A stretch of 64,000 bases of DNA from Bryobacterales bacterium (GTDB lineage: Bacteria; Acidobacteriota; Terriglobia; Bryobacterales; UBA6623). The DNA is taken from assembly GCA_965261065.1 (NCBI GenBank), contig OZ253444.1:3708990-3772989 (forward strand), read 5' to 3'. Both the position numbers and the translations under genes were made by a program. The notes under the pieces are model-generated. The model was not told the origin of the DNA. It was given only the letters and a program-made list of their open reading frames with translations, and did not search any database. Below are positions 25,515 through 35,145 of the stretch, piece by piece. The first letter of the stretch is position 1. The number at the start of each line of letters is the position of its first letter.

Positions 25515-28466
25515 ATGGCAGGCGTACCCATGGCCGAGACCTTTACATACGATGTCTTCCTGAGCCACAACTCCGAGGACAAGGCCACGGTCCGCAAGCT
25601 CGCCCAGCGGCTCAAGAAAGACGGCCTGCGGGTCTGGTTCGACGAATGGGAGATCCAACCCGGCGACAGCATCGTCGGGAAGATCGACGAAGGGCTCGAA
25701 CACTCGCGCGTGCTGGTGTTGGCGATGTCGAAGGACGCGTTCGGCTCGGACTGGGTCACGCTCGAGCGCCACACCGCCCTGTTCCGCGACCCCGCCAACC
25801 GGGAGCGGCGCTTCATCCCCCTGCGGCTCGATGACGCCGAGATCAAGGGCACGCTGCGGTCGTTTGCGTATGTGGATTGGCGCAAGGCTGCCGCCAGGCA
25901 GTACCAGCGGTTTCTAGAAGCCCTCGGCCCTCGGACCGAGGAGACCACCGAGAAAGCCTCCAAGAGAGCCGCGCGCCGCACAAGAGTACGGAAGAGCGCC
26001 ATCCTGAAAGGCCACAGCGACAAGGTGTGGTCGGTGGCGGTGAGCGCGGACGGACGGCGGGCCGTCTCGGGATCGTGGGACCACGCGGTGAAGGTCTGGG
26101 ACCTGGAAAGCGGCGTCGCGCTGCACTCGCTCAGAGGCCACAGCGCCACAGTGTGGTCGGTGGCGATGAGCGCGGACGGGCAGCGAGCGATCTCGGGCTC
26201 GGTCAAGGTGTGGGACCTGGAAAGAGGCACCGCGGTGCACTCGCTCAAAGGCCACAGCGACTCTGTGTGGTCGGTGGCGATGAGCGCGGACGGGCAGCGA
26301 GCGGTCTCGGGCTCGGTCTCGGGCGCGATCAAGGTGTGGGACTTGGAAAGCGGGGCCGAACTGCACTCGCTCAAAGGCCACAGCAGTTCGGTGAATTCGG
26401 TGGCGGTGAGCGCGGACGGGCGGCGGGCGGTCTCGGGCTCGGCGGACCGAACGGTGAAGGTGTGGAACCTGGAAAGCAGGGCTGAGCTGCACTCGCTCGC
26501 AGGCCACAGCGGCGAGGTGATGTCGGTAGCAGTGAGCGCGGACGGGCGGCGGGCGGTCTCCGGTTCGGCTGACAACACGGTCCGAGTGTGGAACCTGGAG
26601 TCCTACCGTTGCGTGAGTGTCTTGGAAGGGCACACCGGCCAAGTCAAGGGCGTGGCCCTCACGCCTGATGGGCGTATCGCAGTCTCGGGCGGCGAAGACC
26701 GGACTGTGCGCATCTGGCAGCTCGGGCCGATCGACACACAGCGATCGGTCATCCGGAAACGGCCAAAAGACACCGAGGCTTACACCAATGCCAAGGTGCT
26801 GCTGGTCGGCGACAGCGGCGTCGGCAAGTCCGGCCTGGCCATGCGCCTCACCGAAGACACCTTCAAGCCCACCGAGTCCACCGACGCACATTGGGCCACG
26901 CGCCTGAAACTGCCCCACAAGTCGCCCCAGGGAACGGATCGCGAAATCTGGCTGTGGGACTTCGCCGGCCAGGCCGACTACCGCTTGATCCACCAGCTCT
27001 TCATGGATGAGACCGCGCTGGCCGCGTTGGTCTTCAATCCCCAGAGCGAAGATCCCTTTGAAGGGCTCGCTCAATGGAGCCGGGACCTGGAGCGGGCCGC
27101 GCGCCGCAAGTTCAACAGGCTTCTGGTCGCCGGACGCGTGGACCGCGGCGGGCTGATGATCAGCCGACGCCGCATCGAAGAATTCGCCAAGAGCCACGGC
27201 TTCGACGACTACCTCGAAACGAGCGCCAAGACCGGGCGGGGCTGTAAGGCCTTACAAAAGGCCATCATCGACCATATCGACTGGGAGAGCATCCCCTACA
27301 CGGCCTCCCCACGCATCTTCAAGCTATTGAAAGACGCGATTGTGGGGCTCCGTGATGAAGACGTGGTGCTGCTGCGCATGGTGGAGCTGAAGCAGCGGCT
27401 CGAGATGCAATTGCCTAAGGAGACCTTCACCATCGAGGAGCTGCGGGCCGTGGTCGGCCTGCTGGCTGGCCCGGGCCTCGTTTGGAAGCTTGAGTTCGGA
27501 GACTTCGTCCTGCTGCAGCCCGAGCGCATCAACTCCTACGCTGCCGCCGTGATCCGCTCGGTCCGCGCCCACACCGACGAGATCGGCGCCATCCTTGAAG
27601 AAAAAGTGCTCGGTGGCGACCTCGACTATCAGGACATGGCGCGCCTAGCGCCGGACGAGGAGGCCGTCGTCCTTCGGGCCATGCACCAGACGCTCGTTGA
27701 TCATGGCATTTGCCTGCGGGAGCCCACGGATGAGGGCATGCAACTTGTCTTCCCGTCTTACTTCAAGCGTGAGCGGCCCGAGTTGACCGGACACCCGGCT
27801 GTCTTCGTCAGCTACGAGCTCGTCGGCGCACTCGATGAGATCTACGCCACGCTGGTGGTTCGGTTGCACCAAACCAAGGCCTTTGACAATGACAAGCTCT
27901 GGCGCTTCGCCGCTGACTTCAAGACGCCTGCTGGCAAGACCGTTGGGTTGAAGATGACCAAGAAGGGCGAGGCGAAGGCGGAGATCGAAGTGTACTGCCA
28001 GCCCGGCATACCCGACGATACGAAAGTCACGTTCATCAAGTACGTCCACGAGCACTTGGAACTGCGGGGCGAAGACGTCGCACGGCTCCGGCACTATGTG
28101 TGCCCTCATTGTGCTACCCCCGTTGAGAACCGCAAGGTTGCCATGGAGCGCCTGGGCCGCGGGCTCAAACACATCCTCTGCGTAAGTTGTGAGAAGCGTG
28201 TCCCCCTGTGGGACCTGATCGAAGACAAATTCGCCTCCGAGAAATTCCGGGAACGTGTGCGCAAGATGCAAGAGCAGTCCCAGACCGGCATCGACAACGA
28301 AAGCCGCGAGCTGATTCTGGTTGGTCACGCCTTCGCCATCGCCGGCGAAGCAGGGCAGATCTTCCGGCAGACGTCGAACAGTGACTGGGGCATTGACGGC
28401 GAGATCGAGTTCAAGGACTACAAAGGGAAGGCCAGCGGCAAGCGTGTGTACCTGCAGCTCAAGTAG
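25515..28466 (+). CDS. TIR / WD40 / Roc GTPase / COR-like / zinc ribbon / DUF4365 (N-terminal part) multidomain protein
   Basis: 983 codons up to a TAG. TIR: YDVFLSHNSEDK...SDWVTLE (aa ~10-135). Six WD40 blades (aa ~164-403). Roc G1 GDSGVGKS, G3 DFAGQ and G5 TSAK (aa ~425-575). CPHC...CVSC (aa ~863-892). WGIDGEIEF...VYLQLK at the end. Confidence 0.85.
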   Translation: MAGVPMAETFTYDVFLSHNSEDKATVRKLAQRLKKDGLRVWFDEWEIQPGDSIVGKIDEGLEHSRVLVLAMSKDAFGSDWVTLERHTALFRDPANRERRFIPLRLDDAEIKGTLRSFAYVDWRKAAARQYQRFLEALGPRTEETTEKASKRAARRTRVRKSAILKGHSDKVWSVAVSADGRRAVSGSWDHAVKVWDLESGVALHSLRGHSATVWSVAMSADGQRAISGSVKVWDLERGTAVHSLKGHSDSVWSVAMSADGQRAVSGSVSGAIKVWDLESGAELHSLKGHSSSVNSVAVSADGRRAVSGSADRTVKVWNLESRAELHSLAGHSGEVMSVAVSADGRRAVSGSADNTVRVWNLESYRCVSVLEGHTGQVKGVALTPDGRIAVSGGEDRTVRIWQLGPIDTQRSVIRKRPKDTEAYTNAKVLLVGDSGVGKSGLAMRLTEDTFKPTESTDAHWATRLKLPHKSPQGTDREIWLWDFAGQADYRLIHQLFMDETALAALVFNPQSEDPFEGLAQWSRDLERAARRKFNRLLVAGRVDRGGLMISRRRIEEFAKSHGFDDYLETSAKTGRGCKALQKAIIDHIDWESIPYTASPRIFKLLKDAIVGLRDEDVVLLRMVELKQRLEMQLPKETFTIEELRAVVGLLAGPGLVWKLEFGDFVLLQPERINSYAAAVIRSVRAHTDEIGAILEEKVLGGDLDYQDMARLAPDEEAVVLRAMHQTLVDHGICLREPTDEGMQLVFPSYFKRERPELTGHPAVFVSYELVGALDEIYATLVVRLHQTKAFDNDKLWRFAADFKTPAGKTVGLKMTKKGEAKAEIEVYCQPGIPDDTKVTFIKYVHEHLELRGEDVARLRHYVCPHCATPVENRKVAMERLGRGLKHILCVSCEKRVPLWDLIEDKFASEKFRERVRKMQEQSQTGIDNESRELILVGHAFAIAGEAGQIFRQTSNSDWGIDGEIEFKDYKGKASGKRVYLQLK
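26004..26723 (+). repeat. Coding tandem repeats: five near-identical ~126-bp WD40 units plus one divergent unit
   Basis: Units start with ctSaaaggccacagc...gtgtggtcggtggcg. Unit 2 is 12 nt shorter (ISGS--VKVWDL). Differences cluster at a few codons per unit. Confidence 0.9.
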
Positions 28467-28745
28467 GGTGATTCGTATACCTACAAGCGTAAGAGAGACG
28501 ACGCCGAGATTTTCAGTGTCAAGAATCCGCGCCATGCCGACTACTGGCAGCAGCAGGCCTACCCGGTGATGCTCGTGATCCGCACGTCCGACAAAGACAT
28601 CCGTTGGATGGATGTGAGTGAGTACCTGCGGGAGAAAAGCAAAGGCCGCAAGACCACCGTTCGCCAAATCCCCTTCGACGGCGAGCCCTTCACGGCCCTC
28701 AGCCTTCAACTCATGCGCGACAAGCTGGTTCCGCGGCCGAAGTGA
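28467..28745 (+). other. In-frame continuation after the TAG that completes the DUF4365-like domain
   Basis: 92 further sense codons in the same frame (GDSYTYKRKRDDAEIFSVKNPRHADYWQQQAYPVMLVIRTSDKDIRWMDV...) ending at TGA 28743-28745. Confidence 0.7.
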
Positions 28746-29054
28746 GGATGTGCGGACCGCGTTGGGTGGAGGTTAGATTTCCTGCCACCTCTCCAGGGTG
28801 CCTGACCCTGTGGGGTTGCGTACCCCCGGCTGAAGCCGGAGGCTATTGTCCTGGGTCCACTTTGCGGACGAGAGTTGATCTGACCTGCGCCTACCACCTG
28901 GCCCTCGCTTGGGCGGCCTCGCCGAGCGACCGCGGCGAGGAGGCGAAGAAACTCTCGTTGCGCCGAACGAGTCTCCAGCAGGCCAGCCGGCCTTTGCCAA
29001 CTCCACACGACGCGATCTGCCCACACAACATTCCGCCGGCTTGCGATAGTTTTC

Positions 29055-30611
29055 CTACCGCCCCTTCGCGCGTCCACGCCGCCCCGTTTCCCACTCCTCC
29101 CACAAGCCCAGGAACTTCATCTGGTCATCGAGCTCGGTGTCACCGACCAACTCGTCGAGTTCCTTGCGCGAGAGGCGCTTGCCCAGTCGTTCAGCCCGGT
29201 CGGCAATGTTAAACACCGTCACCGCGGCGATGCCCACCTGGCTGCGCAGGTCGTTGAGGCGGACCTTGTCATAGGTGTCGGCGCTCGAATGGTAAATCGG
29301 CACGTACTCGGATGTGTCCTGAATGGCGATCAGCGTCGGCACCCCTTCCAGCAGAAAGTCGAAGTGATCACTGCCAAAGAACGCATCCGCGCTGTGAGCG
29401 TTGGCGCCGTGTCCCGAGACCGGCTCCATGGCCTCGACCAAACCGTTCTCGATGTCGCGCCGTCCGCCAAGCGAGTAACCCTTGATTTTGCCCACGCCCA
29501 TGTCGTGGACGATGACGGCGACGATGGAGTCCAACTCGTCGCGATGCGCCTGCACGTAGGCCTTCGATCCCAGCAAGCTCTGCTCCTCGCCGCTAAAGAG
29601 AACGAAGCGCACGGTGCGCCGGGGCCGCTGCTTGGCCGAAGCAAACAGGCGGGCCAACTCGATCACCAGCGCGACGTTGGCCCCGTTGTCGAGGCAGCCC
29701 GTGCCCAAGTCCCACGAATCGAGATGGGCGCCGACGATCACGATCTCCTCCGGCGCTTGGGCGCCGCGAACCTCGGCAATCACGTTGTGGGTTTCGAGCG
29801 GCCCGCCGGTCTTGTTAGGCAGCGCGAGGCGCATCTGCACCCGCTTCCCCCCGTCCAGCAGCCGCAGAATCCGCTCGGCGTCTTCGCGGGCAATCAGCGC
29901 CGTCGGCAACAGGTCGAGCCGGCCGTCGACAACGTTCACGTGCCGATAAAGCAGCCCGTTCGGCCGGTTCGACATAAACAACACCGCCGCCGCCTTCACC
30001 TCGGCGGCCTCGCGCAACGCGATCGTCGTGTCCCGCTGCTCGTTGGCGAGATCGAGAAACGTCTTCACGCGGTCGGATCGTACGAGAAGGATCTTGCCGC
30101 GTGCGCGATTACCCATGCGGCGGATGTATCCCCTTGAGCCGCTGCCGCCGTCGAGCACCTCGGCCCGCAGCCCGCCGCCTCGCGTGGCCGGCACCCAGGC
30201 CGACGATACTCCCTTGACGGGGAACCGCAACGGCGAGGTCACTTCGATACGCGTTTTACCCTCGCGCCAGGAGTTCGGGATCTTGAAGGCCTCGGTGTGG
30301 ACTTCGTCGACTCCGGCGCTGCGAAAGGCCTCGACCGCCCAATCCACGGCCCGCTGCATTCCCGGCGTGCCGGGCATTCTCGGCCCGATCTCATCGCAGA
30401 GAACGCCGAGGTTCTGCTTGAGGGAGTGTGACTCGGAAACGCGGCCCAGCAACGCATCCGCCGGCGCGCCCCCCGGCTCGGACCCTAGCGGTTGCGGCCC
30501 CGCGCCAAGCCCCAGCAGCACCGCCGCCACGAAGCCAACTCTCCATGGCCGATCACTCAACAAGTCTGGCCCAAGCACGGTCACCCCGTTATCTTCTGCT
30601 GCCGGAGCCAA
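29055..30611 (-). CDS. M28-family aminopeptidase with PA domain
   Basis: 518-aa ORF. VGAHLDSWDLGTGCLDNGANVA and FSGEEQSLLGS zinc-ligand contexts. Confidence 0.85.
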   Translation of the reverse strand: MAPAAEDNGVTVLGPDLLSDRPWRVGFVAAVLLGLGAGPQPLGSEPGGAPADALLGRVSESHSLKQNLGVLCDEIGPRMPGTPGMQRAVDWAVEAFRSAGVDEVHTEAFKIPNSWREGKTRIEVTSPLRFPVKGVSSAWVPATRGGGLRAEVLDGGSGSRGYIRRMGNRARGKILLVRSDRVKTFLDLANEQRDTTIALREAAEVKAAAVLFMSNRPNGLLYRHVNVVDGRLDLLPTALIAREDAERILRLLDGGKRVQMRLALPNKTGGPLETHNVIAEVRGAQAPEEIVIVGAHLDSWDLGTGCLDNGANVALVIELARLFASAKQRPRRTVRFVLFSGEEQSLLGSKAYVQAHRDELDSIVAVIVHDMGVGKIKGYSLGGRRDIENGLVEAMEPVSGHGANAHSADAFFGSDHFDFLLEGVPTLIAIQDTSEYVPIYHSSADTYDKVRLNDLRSQVGIAAVTVFNIADRAERLGKRLSRKELDELVGDTELDDQMKFLGLWEEWETGRRGRAKGR

Positions 30612-30708
30612 CTGTGTCTATAGCAGCCGTCGCCGGCACAGGGCCGCCGCCGGCCGTCTCTTGTTCCGCAAGATGGGGTCAAAGCCACCGTGATATCCTA
30701 GCCTCACT

Positions 30709-31590
30709 ATGGCCTTCTGTACAAACTGTGGTGGTCAACTGGCGGACAACGCCGTCTTCTGCGGATCTTGCGGCACCAATCAAGGCGCCAGCCCGGTGGC
30801 TGCCGCGCCCGCGGCGGTCGCCGAACCCATGGAGCCGGTCAGCTATAAGGTCGAGAGTGACAACCTGGAGATCGTGCGAGTCACGCTCAAGCCCGGCCAA
30901 GAGGTCTATGCCGAGGCGGGCAAGATGGTCTACAAGACCGCGAACGTCGAGTGGAAGACGCAGATGAGCGGCAGCGGCATCGGCGAAAAGCTATTCGGGG
31001 CGTTGAAGCGCAAGCTCACCGGCGAGTCGCTCTTCATGACGCACTTCAAGAGCACCTCCGGCGAGGGCGAGGTGGGCTTTGCCGGCGACTTCCCGGGCCG
31101 CGTCCAGGCGTTTGAGTTGGCCGCCGGACAGTCGGTTCTCGTCCAACGCGACGGGTTCATCCTTGCCGAGCGGACGGTCAGTCTCGATATCGCGTTCACC
31201 AAGAAGATCGGAGCGGGGTTGTTCGGCGGCGAAGGCTTCATCCTGCAGAAGCTGACAGGGCCGGGCGTCGCGTTCATACACGGTGGCGGTGACTTCGTGG
31301 AATTCGATCTCGGCCCGGGCGAAGTTCTTCAGGTCGATACGGGTTGCATCGTGGCCTTCAACGAGTCGGTGCACTACGACGTGCAATTCGCCGGGGGCAT
31401 TGCCACCAGCATCTTCGGCGGCGAGGGGCTGTTCCTGGCCACGATGACCGGGCCGGGCAAGGCGTACATCCAGACCATGACGCTCTCGAAATTGCGCCGC
31501 GAACTCGGTGGCGGCGTGGGCGGTCGGTCGGGCGGCGGTGAGGCCCATGGCCTGGGCGCGCTGACGAACATGTTCGGCAGCAACGATTGA
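30709..31590 (+). CDS. AIM24/TIGR00266-family protein with N-terminal zinc ribbon
   Basis: 293-aa ORF. CTNCGG...CGSCG, then LFGGEGFILQKLTGPG and IFGGEGLFLATMTGPGKAYIQ. Confidence 0.8.
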   Translation: MAFCTNCGGQLADNAVFCGSCGTNQGASPVAAAPAAVAEPMEPVSYKVESDNLEIVRVTLKPGQEVYAEAGKMVYKTANVEWKTQMSGSGIGEKLFGALKRKLTGESLFMTHFKSTSGEGEVGFAGDFPGRVQAFELAAGQSVLVQRDGFILAERTVSLDIAFTKKIGAGLFGGEGFILQKLTGPGVAFIHGGGDFVEFDLGPGEVLQVDTGCIVAFNESVHYDVQFAGGIATSIFGGEGLFLATMTGPGKAYIQTMTLSKLRRELGGGVGGRSGGGEAHGLGALTNMFGSND

Positions 31591-32122
31591 TTAGATCACT
31601 TGACCACGAATCTCACTGTGACCTCGGTCTACCGAGCCACACAGGAAGCGAGTCCGCAAAGCGGACGCAGGATAGTAGCCCACGGTGAAGCCGCTAGGCG
31701 GAACCGTGGGTTACGATACAAAATCACGAGAAGCCCTGAAGGGGCGCGGGAAAAACCGCGAGGCGGGGACGTCCGCCCAGCACCTCATCCCGCATACCAC
31801 CCGACCTCGTGCGAGTTTTACGAGAGATCCCCTGCTTCACACGCTCCAGTCAGTTGCCCACACCCCGCCCCCGGAATTATTCGGACCAATTCCGAACTAC
31901 CCGCACCGTAGACGGTGTGTCGCTCGCCGGTTCACGAACCAGAAACCGCCCGTCCGCCGAAACGTCGTACCTTCGCTGAAAGCTTCACCCAAAACCAAGC
32001 ACCAAGCGCGACGCGAAGCGTATGCGAAACCAGGTAGGCAGACCCGTCCAAGCCGGCCTGGCTCAACTCGCCGGCCGATAGCCACCCGTTGCCAATACCC
32101 AGACGCGAAAAGGGAAGCCAAC

Positions 32123-33294
32123 TCAAACGCGCAGGAAGATGCGCCGCTGGTAGAGCCAGTAGCACAGGTACCAAATCACCAGGAACACGGTACAAGTTTG
32201 CGCGACATCCGCCCAGGTTCCCAGGAAGTCGTACCCGAAGGTGAAGACGCCGACGGCCCGGTCGAGCCAGCCATGCAAGATCATATGCACGCCGTAGATG
32301 AAGATCGAGTTCATCCCGACGACGACTAAGGGGAACGTCACCTTCTTGAAACCCTTGATCTCGACCAGCCAGTAGAACCCCAACAGCATCAGCAGCACCC
32401 AGCCGGTGCTCGCGAACGTGAACGACGCCGTCCAGATGCGCTTGACCATCGGGTTGAAGGGCTCCAGCACAAACCCGGCGAGGAAACACACCACGATCGC
32501 GCCGGCCAGCACCTTCATGCGGTAGCGGTGGGTGTGCTCGCCGATCATCAAGTAGCCGGCCCAAACACCGGCCAGCGTGGTGACCGTGCTGCTCACAAAG
32601 TTGATCGTGACGTAGTAGCCGCTGTAGTTCAGGCCCAAGAAACCGTCGATCACGGTGCCGACGTTGTCCGCTTTTGAGAAGGCGCCTTCGGAGCCGGGAA
32701 ACAGCGCGAACAAGGCTCAATGCCCGGCCAGGATCAGCGCCGCCGCGATCGCCTGTCCGCGAAACGGCAGCTTCATGATCCAGAAGCACACCAGGTACGT
32801 CAGCGCGATCTGTGCAAGCACGTTGATCAACTGGAAGTTGAGTGCGCCGCGTCCGATCGAGATAAAGATCTGACTCAGCGCCAGCAACCAGAACACGCGC
32901 CACAGCATATGCTTCGTCAACTCATCCGACGACGCGCCGCGCGCCGTGCGGTTGCGGAAAGCGAACGGCATCGACAGCCCGACCATGAACATGAAGGCCG
33001 GCTGAATCAAGTCCCAGAAGACCATGCCCTCCCACTCGACATGGCGGAACTGGGCGGCGAGCCAGCCGAAGTTGGGGTCGCCTTCGAGCGAAGCTAGCCC
33101 AAAGCCGCGGGCCGCCAAGGTGATCATGATAAAGCCGCGAAAGGCGTCGAGCGAAATGAGCCGTTCGGGCTTTGGTTTGCGCTTCGGCTTGGGGTCCGAA
33201 CTGGGAGGCGCCGCGCTGGGCGACGTGTCGTCGGGACGAAGACGCTCGGTCCGCTCGACGGCCGGTGCGTGCGGCGGCGATACGGTAGTGGCCA
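32123..33294 (-). pseudogene. DUF5009/HGSNAT-like membrane acyltransferase with an in-frame TGA
   Basis: Two ORFs share the same frame (33294-32720 and 32716-32123), separated only by TGA at 32717-32719 (...ALILAGH*ALFALFPGS...). RLISLDAFRGF is the family-typical start of the membrane domain. Confidence 0.7.
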
Positions 33295-33352
33295 TCGATC
33301 CGGCTGGAGTGTAGCATAATCGTCGGACGCCCGAGACTGGCGCCTCAGGTCC

Positions 33353-34950
33353 TGTCAACGCCCAATAGAAATGTCCCCCTCGGTAGCTCGATAGAAGTGT
33401 CCCCTTGTGTTTCTTGTTCGTAGGAGAGATATCGTCGTCGTCGGGGCTGTGGAACTGTGGGAATCGCGTAGCGATTTCCAAGGGGCGGTGGGAAGGGTGG
33501 AAAACCATCCACCGCTCCTCGAACCCGGTACTGCTGCCTCGATAGATTTTCCACGCTTTCCATCCGACCCGGCATTTCCACAGCCCTCTTATGTATTCGC
33601 AGCCCGTTTTTTCCGTAACACAGCTCGCCGCCAGGGGTGGTCCGCCGCCGGCTTGCGCCCGCCCCCCGGACGCTGCTGTGGTGCTGGTTTCGTCCGCAGC
33701 TGTGGCGTCGGCGTGGCGATCACGTCGTGCTCGATCTCGTGCCCGTCAAACCTCACCTGCAAGCTCTCATCGCGCCACTGTTGGACCGTCACCCGTGCCC
33801 CCGCCCCCACGCCCTGGTTGCGTTTCGGCTTCAACTGCAAACAACGATTCTCGAAACGCACCACCCGGTCGTTGCTCACCACCCGTTCGTACTCGCAACA
33901 GAACACCCCTCGCAGCTCGGTGCCGCGGGGGAGCGCCTGGTGAAAGTCCGCTGCCGCCGCCGGCTCACAGGCGAAGCGCTCGTTGTGCTCGGCCAGGTAC
34001 TCCTCGTCGAGATAACGGTTCGCCGCCTCGTACTCGACGATCCCGCGCAGCCGCATCTTCTTGATCAGGCGGTCTTGGTGCGTGCCGTGATGGCGCTCCA
34101 CTCGGCCCTTGGCTTGCGGCGAGGAAGCCGCCATGATCGTAATGCCGAGCTTGGCACACATGCGCCCGAACTGCGTCTCGGGCTTGATGCCTGCCAGCGC
34201 TTCCCGCGACGTCGGCTGGCGCTGGTAGACGTTTTTCCAGTCGCAGTACAACGCCTTGGGAACGCCGTGTTGACGTACCCAGGCTGCGAGCAGATCGGCC
34301 GCGGCCCAGGTCGTTTCCTGGTCCGAGAAACGGCACAGCGCCACACCGGTCGCGTCATCGACGAAGTTCATCAGACAGGCTTTCGGGCCGCGTTCTTCCA
34401 GCCAGTGGTGGTGCGAACCGTCGAGTTGAATCAGCTCGCCGAAGTGCGCTTTGCGTTGGCGCCGGGTGCGATGCGGTTGGCGCTTGCGACGGCGGCTCCA
34501 CAGACCCGCGGCGAGCATCCAGCGCCGCAGTGTTTCGCGCGGCACTTCCAGGCCGTGGTCGGCTGCCAGATGTTCCGACGCCAGCGTCGGCCCGAAGCGC
34601 TCGTGCCCCTCGCCCGCATAGTTCTCGCGCACCAACTCGATAACCTGCTGGCGTCGCTTCTGATCGGCTCGGTTCGAAGCACGGCCGACGTTACCGTGCA
34701 CCAAAGCCTTGGCCCCGCCCGCACGGTAACGCTTCTTCAGACGCTTCGCATGGCGGTAGCTGACCTCCAGCAGCTCGGCGGCTTCGGTCAACTTCAGTTC
34801 CCCTCGTTTCACTCGGCTCAGCACTTCGCCGCGCCTCAACTCCTTGGCACTCATCCATGTCCTTCCCACTCTCGGCTCCTCCTTCGGAGCCTCAGAGTAG
34901 GGGACATTTCTATTGGGCGCTCAAGGGGACATTATCATTGGGCTTCAACA
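33353..34950 (-). mobile_element. ISNCY (IS1202-group-like) insertion sequence, copy B (1598 bp)
   Basis: Same ends as copy A. 16-bp TSD CTGGCGCCTCAGGTCC at 33337-33352 and 34951-34966. Confidence 0.88.
33589..34869 (-). CDS. ISNCY-family transposase
   Basis: 426 aa, differing from copy A at only a few residues (for example QQVIELV, RPGGGRKP). Confidence 0.85.
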   Translation of the reverse strand: MGRTWMSAKELRRGEVLSRVKRGELKLTEAAELLEVSYRHAKRLKKRYRAGGAKALVHGNVGRASNRADQKRRQQVIELVRENYAGEGHERFGPTLASEHLAADHGLEVPRETLRRWMLAAGLWSRRRKRQPHRTRRQRKAHFGELIQLDGSHHHWLEERGPKACLMNFVDDATGVALCRFSDQETTWAAADLLAAWVRQHGVPKALYCDWKNVYQRQPTSREALAGIKPETQFGRMCAKLGITIMAASSPQAKGRVERHHGTHQDRLIKKMRLRGIVEYEAANRYLDEEYLAEHNERFACEPAAAADFHQALPRGTELRGVFCCEYERVVSNDRVVRFENRCLQLKPKRNQGVGAGARVTVQQWRDESLQVRFDGHEIEHDVIATPTPQLRTKPAPQQRPGGGRKPAADHPWRRAVLRKKRAANT

Positions 34951-35145
34951 CTGGCGCCTCAGGTCCAAACCACGCTTCAGAGCCGCGGATGGAAATCCGC
35001 GGTCCGCGGACGTCAGCCCGCGTTGAGCCATCGCTTGAGACCCTACATACCCACATCCGCGCGCAACGCGCGAGCGCTGCACGCCCCGTCAGGGACATCC
35101 GAGCCGTTCTCCTGCTGACACTCCTGACACCCCGCCTAGCGAACC

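Noticed and set aside
26004-26723. A regular ~126-bp repeat array that could be mistaken for a CRISPR or satellite array.
   Set aside because: The repeats are contiguous with no spacers, are in frame, and translate to canonical WD40 blades inside a long ORF.
28464-28466. Idea that the in-frame TAG (x2) and TGA (x1) reflect genetic-code reassignment, pyrrolysine or selenocysteine.
   Set aside because: Confident genes in the window terminate normally with TAG (metG, ispB-like, CYTH, lysC, bcp, RRM) and with TGA (larC, the SelA-like gene, tatD). No SECIS-like hairpin or pyl genes were seen. Nonsense mutation is the simpler explanation.
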